A stretch of 64,000 bases of DNA, taken from contig OX337232.1 in assembly GCA_946965045.2 (NCBI GenBank), positions 1,116,001 through 1,180,000 on the forward strand. The letters run 5' to 3'. Position 1 is the stretch's first letter. Every line of letters starts with the position of its first letter. Position numbers and translations under genes: made by a program. A model generated the notes under the pieces. The model had not been told where the DNA came from. It did no database searches and saw only the letters and a list, made by a program, of their open reading frames with translations. The stretch is from Epithemia pelagica. Taxonomy: Eukaryota; Protista; Bacillariophyta. Shown one piece after another: positions 21,799 to 34,553 of this stretch.

Positions 21799-23676
21799 CT
21801 AACTGGAAATCTCGACGAGTTTGATTCGCTGTGGATCTGATAGCCGCAAGTGCTCTCCATGAATGAATGGTCTCACCGCCTGCACCGACCCGATTGGACA
21901 AGTACGTTGTATCGCTTGAGCTGCTCGTTGCTTTTTCCATTTCAACAAATCACGCCATCGTTGGGCAAGGTAGTTCCTCCATGTTGTTTGGATAATCCTC
22001 ACAGCTGCCACGTCCAATTCACGGCTTGTCTCCAGAAATTGAAACACTGTCTGTTGGACCATTCGTGCCGCCATGCCACGACTGAGCCACGCATGGGCCA
22101 TGGTCTCGACCAATGCGCGCTCCCGTTGGCACTTGGAAAGCACTTTTTTCGCTTGCCAGACCCTCCAGGCACATTGAATTGTGGTGGATGCGCGGTTCCT
22201 CTGTAGGGCTTGACCGCGTTGATAAAAACTATACAGGGATTGAATGGTGTTTGCCGCCTTGTATCGTTGGCACTGCAAGGCAACCAGTTTGCGCCGCATT
22301 GTGGCTTGTAGGAGAATGACGGAAACGAGTTGCAAAGTGTTTTGACACTGCATATATCCCCTCCATTGGGCTTGAATCAAAATGGCCGCATGTGTTTGGC
22401 GTTTGGCTTTGGCAAGGGTTCTTTGAACCAGAAAGACCCGCCAGAGCGCTTGAATGCGGATGCAAGCTAATTCTTTTCGCAGAGCCAGTCGATGTTGAAA
22501 TCCTCGTACATATGCTTGAATCATTCGAGTGGCTACATGGTATTTCCAATGGCGACGACACAGATATCGTCGCATCATGGCTAGAATCATGATACTGGAC
22601 ATGATTTGTAAGAGACGTTGACTGTGGTAATGTCCACGATACATGGCTTGGATCCTTGTAGCGGCCTTTTGCTGACAATGGTGGCGCCACCGATATTGAA
22701 TACGTCGCGTGATCCGGACCAAGAGTGTGAAACGACGCACAGCGTTCATCCTACGCCAGACGGATTGAATGGTTTGAGCCGCCTTGTATCGTTGGTAGGG
22801 AATCCAATGGACATGACGGCGCCACATCGCTTGGATCTTTCTTGTGGCCTGGAACTGTCGATACCAGGACCAAGATTGGAAACGGCGCCATGTTCGTTGG
22901 AGACAAATTGTAGCGCTGAATTGGCGCTCCTGGCGAATGCGGTCTGCCAAACGCTTTGCCAAAAATTGCCGCGTCGTGGATTGCACAAAAATGACCACCA
23001 AGAGGAACAATCGATAAGATAAACGGGCATGGACACCTCTCCATTGAGCTTGAATAAGAATTGCTGCCTTTTTTCGTTGATGCATGGATCCGGTAGACGA
23101 GCAACGAAAGGGATCCTGTATAATGACATGTTCGTTTGTCGGACTTGTTCTTTTACCGATGACAGACCATGCTTTTTGAACAAATATGGCCACAAAACGT
23201 AGCACAAAATATCCACTTAAAATGGTTTGCCGTTGGACAAAGTTCACCATACCTTCTTTCACACTGTTGTTGTTTCTTGTTTTGTTCTGTTTTCTGATAG
23301 CTTTCGATCCTCTGTTTTGTAAAGGGGAGACAATAAAAAATGAGCACTGCCCATGAACATTGAACAAGGATTTTTCAACGGCTCGTTCAACGTTCAGCCA
23401 GAGATTTTGAGACGCTCGCCTGGCGTGTACAGTATTTATTTGTATATCTTTCATTGTAGAGTTACAACGGTTTCCATAAGACGATTCGGAACCAAAGAAC
23501 TGATACCGCACGTGCCTTGCGATCGCCAGATCTAAGTAACAGACGGAATACTTATAGCGACATAATATAATTATATGAAAATACATGGAACCCTTCTGCA
23601 CTCCACCCACAGAGCCACCACCATGGCTTTTTCGCGACCAAAGAACAGAGTTTTTTTTGTACGACACAGGAGACAA
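21799..23676 (-). CDS. IQ-motif array protein (~15 IQxxxRG-like motifs; ASPM C-terminal-like); termini uncertain
   Basis: IQAQWRG x2, LQRTWRR, IQAMWRR, IQSVWRR, IQAMYRG, IQAYVRG, IQALWRV, IQCAWRV, IQTTWRN and others. Confidence 0.7.
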   Translation of the reverse strand: MSPVSYKKNSVLWSRKSHGGGSVGGVQKGSMYFHIIILCRYKYSVCYLDLAIARHVRYQFFGSESSYGNRCNSTMKDIQINTVHARRASQNLWLNVERAVEKSLFNVHGQCSFFIVSPLQNRGSKAIRKQNKTRNNNSVKEGMVNFVQRQTILSGYFVLRFVAIFVQKAWSVIGKRTSPTNEHVIIQDPFRCSSTGSMHQRKKAAILIQAQWRGVHARLSYRLFLLVVIFVQSTTRQFLAKRLADRIRQERQFSATICLQRTWRRFQSWSWYRQFQATRKIQAMWRRHVHWIPYQRYKAAQTIQSVWRRMNAVRRFTLLVRITRRIQYRWRHHCQQKAATRIQAMYRGHYHSQRLLQIMSSIMILAMMRRYLCRRHWKYHVATRMIQAYVRGFQHRLALRKELACIRIQALWRVFLVQRTLAKAKRQTHAAILIQAQWRGYMQCQNTLQLVSVILLQATMRRKLVALQCQRYKAANTIQSLYSFYQRGQALQRNRASTTIQCAWRVWQAKKVLSKCQRERALVETMAHAWLSRGMAARMVQQTVFQFLETSRELDVAAVRIIQTTWRNYLAQRWRDLLKWKKQRAAQAIQRTCPIGSVQAVRPFIHGEHLRLSDPQRIKLVEISS

Positions 23677-23864
23677 CTTGAGAAGATCAATGAACCGAGA
23701 ACAAGGCGTCGTTGTTGATCTTTGTCTGACTCGTTCTCTGTTATTTTAGTCTTTTGTTCATAGCGAGACGAATTACGAACATGGTATGACAAGGCCACAA
23801 CTCTTCATCATCCCGACCAGAAATGATACATTGAAGTGATTGAGAGATAGGCGATAAACAGAAT

Positions 23865-26800
23865 ATGATGACAACCACGACTGGAGCAATGAAAACGACA
23901 GAGTTGCTGCAAGTCGAATCCTTTCAAGGACCCTGCTTTCCCAAATCTCCTGAGTTTTTGACAACAACGAACGATGATGATATGAAAAATAAAGGGTCTA
24001 TGGGGTCTGCTCATCCTGCTTGTTGGCGTGAACAAGAGCGACAGTCCTTGTTGGAGATTTATAAAATGGCTCGAAAATGGCCTTCTGCTTTAGCATTGCC
24101 GTCGACTGATTCGTCTTATCCTTCGACCAATTATGTTCCATCAACTTCTCAGTCCCAGTTGGTCTTGGAATCTCCAGAAACAACAACAATACAACCTTCC
24201 CGAAAACAAGTCGTCTTGCTACAAGGACCCATTGCATCGGGAAAACGAACCTTGTTGCGTGCATTGGAACAGTCAGTCCTGAAGGAACATGAGGGTGTTT
24301 GCTTGTGGATTCGACCCACATCACACCGTCTGGCCTCCTCTTCATCTTGTAATGGCTATCAACCTCCTCACACGGCCATGTTGCAAAGTTTAGTCACATT
24401 GGCGCAAAGGGTACAAGACGAAACCTATCCAGTTCCAGTGCGACAACGTCTTCAACACCAGCTCTCCACATGTGACGTGTCATCAAACTCTGCCGAGTAT
24501 CACGCACAAGTGGAGACACTCTGTCAAGCCATGCCGTCTTTGGTGACACTGTTTGGTTCCACTAGTACTCAATCTTTGACTCCCTTGACATCTGCTACCG
24601 ACGGTGCCCCAATGGCTTCTTCCTCGGTAGAATGGGATACAACTTTTCGATACTTGTTTCATTCTATGCTTCAACGATTGTCGGATCCGGATCATCCATT
24701 GTTGTTGATTGTGGAACCTTTGGATGGAGCCAGTGAGGCCTTGTGGGATGTACTCCATACCATGGTTCGTGATGTTACGCATGAAGGTCTGGTTCTGATA
24801 GGAGTCTACCATCAACAGCAGCAGCAGCATCAAGAACATACTGAAAAGAGGAAGCAGAAGGATCAAGATACAGATTCAACGAACAAACGAAGGCAAACGC
24901 GTCCCACTGTGAACTCCTTGACAAAGCAATGGGAAGCTCTGGGTGCCTCGGTCCATACCATGACCTTGGCCCATATTCAAGATGAGACCCAGTTGCAGCA
25001 ACTCTTGCGACGTAGTATGACTGGTCTTCCACAGACGGTTGGAACTTTGGAAGGTTTGACAGATCTCATTCAAGAACATTGTCCTCGTGGAGATTTGTTA
25101 TCCCTGGACCATTTTCTATGTGTGCTACAAGACAAGGGAATTTTGTTGGTCGACGCGGATACTCAACAATGGACACTACGAGAAGATGAAGCACTGCTGG
25201 TCAAGGACGGGGGTGCCTCATCCTTGAATGTGCTGGAACAAGTCCAGCTAATGGTCACAGAATTTGTACCCGCCTCGAAGATTGAGTTGTGTCATTTCCT
25301 TGTTTGCCTCGGACCACGATTTGGCCGGAAAATGATTTCCAAGCTGAACGATGATGACGAAACTATGAAAAAATTACTGCAAAATTTAGTCTCTTCTGGG
25401 ATTGTCGTTGTCGGTGAGTCCTACGACAATAGCAACGGAGAAAACACTTACTTCGAATTTGCGCACATGCTGGTGCACGACATGTTTTATTATTCCATTC
25501 CGGAGAAAGAGCGCACTCACTGTCACTACAGTCTCGGAAGAAAGCTTTGGAGCAAACTCGACATTGTGGACAACCATAATGTCAAGAGCGACTTGGAGGA
25601 AACCATGCTCTTGTTTGCTGTCGTGGATCATCTTGAAATGGGTCAGCTGCACGTTACGTCAAGTTCCCGGAAGCGATCGGCCATTGCTCGATTGAGTCTC
25701 ATCGCAGCTCACATTGCGGCCAAACAAGCGGCGTACCATACGGCCTCTCACTATTTGGAATTTGGTGTGTCCTTGTTGGGAGACCGTAGATGGAAGGATG
25801 AGTATTACTATGACCAGTGTTTGGAATTGTACAGCGCCCTAGCTGAACTTGCCTTGTGTACCACCCACTTTCGTGACGTTGAACAACTTGCCGACGAAAT
25901 CATTCGGAATGCCACATCCTATGCCGATACATTGCACGCCCGATCGGCCCAGATTTACATGATTGGAACCAGTGGGAATCCAACCGAAGCAGTTCGCTAT
26001 GGAAGTGAAGTCCTGGCCCACCTCGGAGTTCATCTCCCCTTGAATCCGTCTGGATTGCACACGAAACGAATCGTTTACAAAACCAGAATGTTGCTTCGTG
26101 GGAAATCGGACGAACAAATTCTACGCCTTCCTCCCATGAAGGATCATGAAAAGTTGTCGGCGCTCAAAATCCTGACCATTCTCATGAGCTTTTGCTTCTC
26201 CGTCAATGCGTACACGGGTCCATTTCTTGCCCACGAGATTGTCCGGCTAACCCTCGCTCACGGCATCTGTTCCATCTCGAGTATTGGTTTTGTCTTGTTT
26301 GGAGCCATTCTTTGTCGGTAAGTGAGCCTGCATATGTGTTATGGGTCAAGATCAAACCCAACCCTCATGACGCAACCGTTCATGATCTTTTGGTTTCAGT
26401 CTACCAGGAGGGGCGACCGACGGTTACCGATATGGAAAACTTTCTCTTGCTATTCAAAGTCAATATCATGTGGATATTTGGTGTTCCAGAGTAACTGCAA
26501 TATTCTATGGTGGAGTTTATGGATTCAAATATCCGCTTCAGGGCGTCCGTAAAGAGATCCAACAAGCGAGCAGGCGGTGTTTGTTGGTAGGGGATAAAGA
26601 CTTTGGGATGCGTTGTTGCAATGTCTACGTTACCTGCCAGATTGATACTACGCCCATTCCGGAGCTGACGCGTATTATCAGAAACATCCGGAATGATATG
26701 AGGTTTTACGAAGATGAACACAACCTTTCGCTTATGCTCCCAATCATGTATATGCTGCTTCATCTTTCTGGGAAGACGGATGGAGACTTTGCTTTTTTGG

Positions 26801-27497
26801 AGGAATCGAGAAATTTGATCGAAGAGCTGAAACCTCTGGACAGGTTGAGCGGAGTATCCAAATGGGGATATTATTCATTGATGATGGTCGCCTACATTTT
26901 TGGAGACTATGAACAAGCACATGTGTATTCAGAATTCTGCAAAGGATTGCTTGGACTTGCCATGGGTGCCGGTGATCCAACCGTGGCGTATCTTTACGAT
27001 GGTCTCGTTCACTGCGCTCTTGCCAGAACTCTTTCTCCGTTCCGACTCCAGCGTCATCGTCACATTCGATGCGTCAAAGAGAGAATCAAATCATTGAACT
27101 ACTTTTCGCGGGGTGCTCCTTTGAATTTTTCCAGTAAAGTGGTAAGTCGACCACCGTCAGCGACCCATGCAAGCAAGCCATTTCTTTTCCATGCTCAAAG
27201 TTGTTCCTCTCGTCAACAGCACCTTTTGGAGGCCGAACTCGCCGCCCTCTACAATAACCACGATTTTACGCCAAGTACACAATCTCAATCTCCCTAGCGA
27301 AGGACCTCGGTTTGTTTGTTGGCACGGCACTTGCTCAGGAAAGGGCTGGCAAATATTTTTTGGAACGAGGCGACGATGAACAGGCCTCGAGGTTTCTTTC
27401 TGCATCAATTGCGGGGTATACCGCTTACGGTGCTTATGCCAAAGTCCATCACCTGACACAAGAGCTTTCTAAACAGGGTAGGCACCATTTGCTTTGA
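23865..27497 (+). CDS. STAND-like AAA ATPase + helical/TPR-like region (bacterial COG3899-type); 2 introns; frameshift about 27260
   Basis: GPIASGKRT P-loop, YFEFAHMLVHDMFY, AAYHTASHYLEFG and GYRYGKLSL; introns about 26319-26399 and 27142-27219; ALAQERAGKYF lies in a shifted frame. Confidence 0.7.
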
Positions 27498-28280
27498 AGA
27501 GGCACCGGTGTTGATAATTTTATGGCAACGTCGAGGCTGCCGTCTATTCTGACATCCAAGAATTGCTAAGAGCCTGATCGCGATATTCCCGAAACCAAGC
27601 GTCGTGTCTTTGTCCTGTGGTTCATATCGATGGCCATTTCCTCTGGTTGGTTCAGACGCCTATGCGACCCTCATTCTTTTGCATTCGGCAACGACAAGGA
27701 CGGATGTATGGACTCATCGACGGACTCGAGCAGCAGTGGTACTCCTGTTGCAATTGGGCTGTGTCTGAGGAAAAGAGTATACCTCCTTGGAGCAGATTGG
27801 CTGTATGGTCCCTCCCATTTGAACAAAGAGCGTTTTGTCTCTTCTTTATGGTGGACTGCATCGTGCATCGCGAACTGGCAATGTGAACTTAGCCAAGGTC
27901 CATCTTGACTAAAATACTAAATACCAGACCAATCAGCATCATATCTGGAATATATGCAAGTAGGGAAATGGTTGGATAGAGTTACTTTTTTATGCTTAAG
28001 AGACCCTACTGTTTGTGGGATATGGGGTGTGCATGGAAGGATGCACGGGACCATCGTGCGTGAATGCGCTTGTCACGGAACTGTCGAATTCTTACAAACT
28101 CTCACAAGGATAACAAGCCATGAAAACCAATCGCCTCGCACGCTGGTTCCGCCCAATCGGCCCAAGAGTTGCTACCAAATGAAACGGTATCGTGAATTGA
28201 CCTGTCCAGTTCGGAGCACGCTCCTATCGATTATTGGAGTCATGTCCCATTGCTTCCAGAAACATTCAAACGCTCTCCAG

Positions 28281-30655
28281 TTACTGAGCTTCATTGTCCG
28301 GGAGGGTGTCTGTCGATGGCGTGCTCGATACTTGTTGTTTCTGTTCTTGTTGACGCCGTGCTCTGTTTTCTTCTCGTTGCACGACCATGGCGGCCAGTTT
28401 GCTGCGTACCGGAGAGGGAAGTTTTTGAGCGACTTTCATGGCACGTCCCTTGGACCATTGTCCAAAGGTATCCCAGACTTGTCGAAATCGAACTCTTCCA
28501 CGGTCCGTTCGGTTCCATGATGATTCGTGGTGGTCGTCCGCGACGGCCGCATTGGCGGCCAAGACTGTGCGGGCAATGGGTGCCCATTGAGAGGCCAAAC
28601 TCCACGGCACACCAAGCCGATCGGACAATCCCTTGATGAGAATGGAGGATCGTCCGACGAGGACCAAATCTTGTGGAAAACTCTTGAGTTCCTTGACGGG
28701 AGAATTGGGACTCAATTCTCCCCGGTCGTACCCACCGGGCAAGGACTGGACCGTCCCATCAAAGAGCCACATACCTACGGCGGCGGCGGCTTCTGGTTGC
28801 GCATTTTCATTCAATTCGACGCCCAATTCCAAGGCCAACTTGCCAATCAAGGCCAAATCGTCGGGATTGTCGTCGCTTTGGCGTTCGTCCAAGGCAATCA
28901 TGATTTTACAAAGGGTTTCACGATTGCGTCCCGAAATCTGCTTGACTTGACCAAAGTCAATCAAACCAACTTCGCCGTCTTCCAAGACAAAAATATTTCC
29001 TGTGAACAAATAAATGAAATTGACCAACACGCGACGAGCAAGAAATGACAAACATGGGGCGTTGTGAGTAGTCCATTTGTCCCGCAACGACTCGACGAGC
29101 GTCGCATGTGGCGGTTGTTGATGTGTGTGTGTTCGTTCCACGTCCGTGGGTGTGCTGGGGGACAACTGGATACACGTACCGGGATGGGGATCGGCATGAA
29201 AGAATCCCGTTTCCAAAATACACCGTCCAAAGACTTGGGTCAAGGAGGTGAGTAATTTGCGGGCAAAGAGTTTGGATTCGGGAGAATCGGGATCAATGCC
29301 TCGTTTCAACATTTCTTCGCGGGCCCGAGACAAGGGCACGCCTCGCAAAAAGTCCATGACCAACACGCGGGGACTCACCAAGCCTACGAAAAAGAATCAA
29401 AAGATTTGTGTGGAATTGGATGCGCGCGCACCACAGAATTCACGAGAACACAACAAGTGACAAGAAACAGGCGGAACCACGTGAGAAGCGGCGTTTGCAA
29501 GTCCAGATGCGACATGGTTGAGAAAGCACTGTGGACAGACACGATGCGTCGACCAAGTGTTTCTCTGCTCCATTTTTTCTTTGGTCAACAACACTCGTTC
29601 TACGTACCAGGCACGGGTCGTGGCATGACCAAGGGTACCGGTCGGGCTCCTCCGACTCGATCCGTACTCGTGTCGCTGTTGCAGGGTGGATACCGACAGG
29701 CTTGATAAATGCGGTCCATGGCGACGGATTCGGCGACAAAATCAAATTCGTCCGCCAATTGGTGTTCCAATTCACAAAAGACGGTATAATAATCCAAGGG
29801 CAATTCAGGCACGTTATTACGAGCAAATTTGGCCACAGCCTTGAGATTGCTAATGTCGCCCAGCAATTTGGATTCAATGCTGGGACGTTGAATCTTGACT
29901 GCCACTTCGCGGGGACCGCCGTATTTCGGCGTCAAGACGGCCCGATGCACTTGCGCGACACTGGCGGCCCCCAAGGGCTCATCATCAAACTCCTGAAAGA
30001 CGTCCTCCCAGACTTCGTCCGCGTGCAACAATTCCGATTGCACGACAGCCTTGGCCAAGGAGGCCGGCATGGGATCGACATTGTCGGTAAAGATACTGAG
30101 CGCGTCCGTGTACTGACGAGGAAACAAGTCCCGTCGCGAACTAATAATTTGCGCCGTCTTGACATAAAAGCCCTTGAGTTCGGTAATGACTTGCTTCATT
30201 TTTTCCGCTCCATCTTCATGTTGCTCATTCCACAAGGCTTCAATGTCTTGGACGGACAGTTCTTGCCCCATGAATTCTTGCAACTTGATGCTGCCCATTA
30301 ATCGATAATAATTGGCAATCACGGGAATTGCAGTGGAGTAAAACTCCAAGGACCGTTTGAGACGATCCGTGGCGGATAAGGGAGGAGGAAATTCGACTAC
30401 CAAAGATTCCTCCTCTCCCGTTGTATTGCTGCGGCTCGTATTGTTGTCACTGCTGGACGACGAGGAAAGAGCCATGGTTGGGTCCTTGTCTTGTGCTTGT
30501 TGTTGCTTTTGCTCTGTACAGGGTTCCAACGTCGATACGGCCGAAAAGCGAGTGCGAGAAGGGAATGGCTCTACCGAACGGCGAACCAAGAACGCCTCAC
30601 ACGAGAAGAAGGAGCCACATGACAGGATTGCAAGGACAAGGCTGTTGGCAACCAT
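28281..30655 (-). CDS. Plastid-targeted ABC1/ADCK (UbiB-family) atypical kinase; 2 introns
   Basis: Leader ...SCEAF; GFYVKTAQIISSR, LGAASVAQVH, VAVKIQRP, HADPHPG|NIF, IDFG. Confidence 0.9.
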
Positions 30656-30731
30656 GGTGGAAGTTCGTTGTCTCCTCCTCATAGGGTCTCTCTCTCGTTC
30701 AAGATCTGATAGTAGCCACACGGTCGGTTTT

Positions 30732-30931
30732 NNNNNNNNNNNNNNNNNNNNNNNNNNNNNNNNNNNNNNNNNNNNNNNNNNNNNNNNNNNNNNNNNNNNN
30801 NNNNNNNNNNNNNNNNNNNNNNNNNNNNNNNNNNNNNNNNNNNNNNNNNNNNNNNNNNNNNNNNNNNNNNNNNNNNNNNNNNNNNNNNNNNNNNNNNNNN
30901 NNNNNNNNNNNNNNNNNNNNNNNNNNNNNNN
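30732..30931. other. Assembly gap (200 N)
   Basis: Run of N. Confidence 1.
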
Positions 30932-31098
30932 TCATTCGACGCAAAACTTTTATCTCTACTGTAGATACTATGCTCTGAAAAACCGGGGTAGTTTCCCATC
31001 ACTGAGTCAGATATCTTTTTGAAGAAGTCCAACAACCAACATCGTTATTCTCATTATTTTCAGCCTTTGGAAGAGACTCAATCAACTGGATCAAGACG

Positions 31099-31470
31099 AT
31101 GCGCCTATCGTCGCTTTGCAACATTGTTCTTCTTGGTTTGGTTGTGACCGTGGCATCGGCCTTTGCTCCTCCCACTCCGACTCGTCCAAGCACCGTTCGT
31201 ACCACATCTCCCTCCACGACGACGCAATTGCACGCCATGGCTGCGCCACCCTTGGTGATTTTTTGAACCATTAAAAGTGCCATTGATTTGGCACAATATC
31301 AGCTGGGAAATACCGATTCCTTTCGGGGAACCGGTGTCTTTAGTGGCATTACCTTGCAACGGGATCCGCCGTCCACCATCCAGGACGATGCTACTCCATC
31401 GACGACGACGACCAACCAAAAAGAGGTGAAGGCCAAGGAGACGGTGTCGACGGGCTCCAACAACAAGTAG
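31099..31470 (+). CDS. Small plastid-targeted protein with in-frame TGA at 31264-31266
   Basis: MRLSSLCNIVLLGLVVTVASAFAPP (exact ASAFAP), transit peptide ...TQLHA, then MAAPPLVIF*TIKSAIDLAQYQLGNTDSFRGTG in the same frame. Confidence 0.65.
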
Positions 31471-32152
31471 GAGCGCCACGTCCTGTGTTTGGTGAACCAA
31501 CAGATGATGCTTTTCACAAGTTGCGTAGAAGGATAGAGTGTTGATTTTGGATCTACCAGTGAGGGACTGTTCGGGTCGTGTCTTTGTGTCGAAGGAAGGA
31601 ATGACAATTCACTTGGAACGGACCATCTAGGATTCGTTGCATTTGGATTTGATGCAAGGATTCACACACCAGTACCGAGTACATTTACCCATGGCACCAA
31701 CGTTCCCAGCCGTTGGCGTCATGTGAGCGAATGTGGAATCGGTAGTTTAAGCTGTGGAGTTTCAGGGACACGAGCGACACGACCCAATGGTACCCCACTG
31801 GAATGTAAAATCAAAAACATACTGTTCTGGACATTTTCCGACATTAGGCACTAGAATGCTTGACTACAATCGTATAGTGAGTCGATGAGAGTCGCACCTT
31901 TGGGACCCATTCAGTGACTGCCAGAGTAATGGTGATTTGTCTCGACGCCGATACGAGATACCTCTAGAGTTGCCAACTGTCTGTTATACCTTAACATACT
32001 ACGACCCTCGTACATACATATATAGGAGGACACACTCGGGTATGCGACCTTTTGTCCTTTTCATTGTGTTCGTTTCCCCGAGTTCCTCTCTTCTTATGCA
32101 AATCAAACAATGGTTGTTCTTGTCTCATCCCTCTCCACAGTCATTCTCTTGC

Positions 32153-34553
32153 CTAAATGGAGTATTCCTCATCCTCTTCAGCCGGCCCACCTTCTTCGGA
32201 GGCAAAGGCATTTTGGGATTTGTATTTGGCCTGTGTCTTGTCAAACTTTTTAATCTTGACCAGTGCCATCAACGCTTGCAAGACAAAAAAGGTACCCCCA
32301 CCCGTGGCGGGATAAAACAAGAGGGCTCGTCCCGTCAATCCCGCCACATTGAACAAGAGGGTGGACCAAACCATGTTTTCCATGACGGATTGTCGCAAAT
32401 CCATTCGTTCCAAGGCCTTTTCATTTTCCAAGGAACGAACCCGAATTTTCAAGCGGCCACTTTCCATTTCCCTCAAGGTTTCTTCAATGTATTGGACCTT
32501 GCGTGGTTGTGTCACGGCTGTTTCAATGTCCCCAATGTTGAGGCCCGTCGCCTTGCGGAAAATACTCAATTTCTTGTCCGTCTCACTGCTGTACCCCTTT
32601 TGTGTATCAATGAATCGTTCGACAAACGGTTGGGCAAATTGGCCAATGTCAAAGTCGGGATCCAATTCCTTCCCGATTCCTTCCACACTGGCAAACGCGC
32701 GAAAGATAAAGGTAAAGGTACTCGGGAATCGAAAGGAATTGTTTTCCGTCAAGGTTTGCAAATCGGGACCGACCGTTTCTTTGATACTCTTGCCCGACTT
32801 TTTGCCCAATTGGGCATCCTTAAAGGTTCGCATAAAGTACCGGGCCAACTTTTCGACGGCCAGCCGATCTGCATCCTTGCTCAAGACACCCGCCTGTTCG
32901 ACGCCGCGGACCAAATCTTTGGCATTCTTGGCCAATTGCAAATCGGAAATTTTGGGACCACCGGCAAATAAGGCCGTACAAAAGGTTCGGAATCCTTGTC
33001 GGACATTGGGTTTGAGCTCGTCCATGAGACCATAATCATAAAAGACCAATTGACAATGTTCGTTGACACAAAGATTTCCGCTACAGGTAAAATGAACAAA
33101 CAACAGAAGAAGAAGGGACCATTGAAAAACCATGGTGAGAGACGCCATATCAAACGGTTGCATTTGCGACACGAGATGGAGTATCTTACGAATGAGGATC
33201 GGCATGGAAGTAGGCCGTTTCAATAATTTGTCGCAAAAAGGTATCCGCCACTTGTTTGGCCAAGACCTTGCGATCCAATCCCAATTCTTCAATTCGTTCA
33301 ATATTGGTCAACTTGAAGGATTCGACAAACTCCATGGTCAACACCCGAGGCGTGGAGACCTCGCGAATCACCTTGGGGATTTTGACGTAGTCAATCGACT
33401 CAAAGTCCTTTTGGAACCGATCGGTATTGTCCGCTTCGTTCAAGTAATCAATTTCCAAATACAACAAGCGTTCGGATTCTTCGTAAATCTTGACCCAATC
33501 ACGGTCCGCTCCGTCCGATTTGGGATCAAACTTGTCCAACAAGACGGCCAAGACTCGGAGATTCTTCAAATCAATGTCAAACAATTCCTTCAAGCCGGCA
33601 CGTTGGACTTTAATGGCCACCTTTTGTCCCTTGTACATGGCCGTATGCACTTGACCCAAGGACGCCGCCTTGAGCGGCTCGTCGGAAAAGTCGGTAAAAA
33701 TTTCCTCCAAGGGACGTCCCAATTCCTGGGCGACGATTTCCTTGGCCCGTGCCCCACTAAAGCCTGGTACTTCATCCGTCAAGGTTTTGAGGACGTCGGT
33801 ATAGGTTTTGGGCAAGACATCGGTGCGGGTGGAGGCGACTTGACCCAATTTGACAAAGGACGGTCCCAAAACGAGCAAATTGTCACGAATGTATTCGGCC
33901 GCGGCAATTTGGGCCTGTTCCACCTCTGCCGGCGAAGCGCCCTTGAGACGCATGCTGCGAGGTTTCAAGACTCGAAAGACACTTTTGAGGGCAAAATTCC
34001 AAACTTCGGCATTGCGCACCAAGGTGGAGGAATTGGCTCGCTTCTCCCACCCCTTTTCCAGTCGTTCCCCTTCCGATACGTCACGGTCGTCGTCGTCGTC
34101 GACTTGGGATTTGCGGACCAAATTAATGGTTCGTTTGACAATGGACTTGAATCGATCCCGAAATCGTGTGCGTTCTTCCCCATCGACACACAATTCGTCA
34201 GCGGGACCACCCGTTTCCAAATCGACTTGACAAAGTTCGTCCATCATTTCTTCGACGGCCATTTCGGCTTCCTGTTCGACGGCTTGGACCAATTCTTCTT
34301 CGGAAAGGGTCAACAACTCCGCCACTGGATCGTTTTCCGTCTTGCCGACAGCAGCCTCGTTGTCGTCATTTTGTTCGTCATCCGCGGTTGTTTTGGTTTC
34401 ATCTTCTAGGACGGTGGCCCAAAGACCGTTTCGTTGTGCCATGGATCGGTGGAGCACACCCTGGTGGAGTGTCGTTGCAGTAGGAGTCGTAAAGGCTTGT
34501 GCCACGCCCACCCCGTACAATACCACGCCCAGTGTGGTCGGTTTGATCATCAT
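32153..34553 (-). CDS. ABC1K8: Plastid ABC1 kinase, ABC1K8/OSA1-like; 1 intron (about 33085-33190)
   Basis: Leader ...AQAF; LGPSFVKLGQ, DIDLKNLRV...DPKSDGADRDWV..Y, HADPHS|GNL, YDYG, FRFPSTFTFIFRAF. Confidence 0.85.

Noticed and set aside
18637-27497. Bacterial contamination suggested by EttA, ALDH21 and the COG3899-like gene
   Set aside because: All have spliceosomal introns and/or diatom targeting peptides.
23690-27620. A fourth flanking duplication around the STAND gene (CCGA.A.CAAG.CGTCGT...TCTTTGTC near 23695 and 27590)
   Set aside because: Only ~25 bp of gapped similarity; not distinguishable from chance by eye.
30357-31035. ORFs spanning the N run
   Set aside because: Artefacts of the assembly gap.
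31937-34409. Long plus-strand ORFs 31937..32971 and 33132..34409
   Set aside because: Antisense shadows of the ABC1K8 coding sequence.
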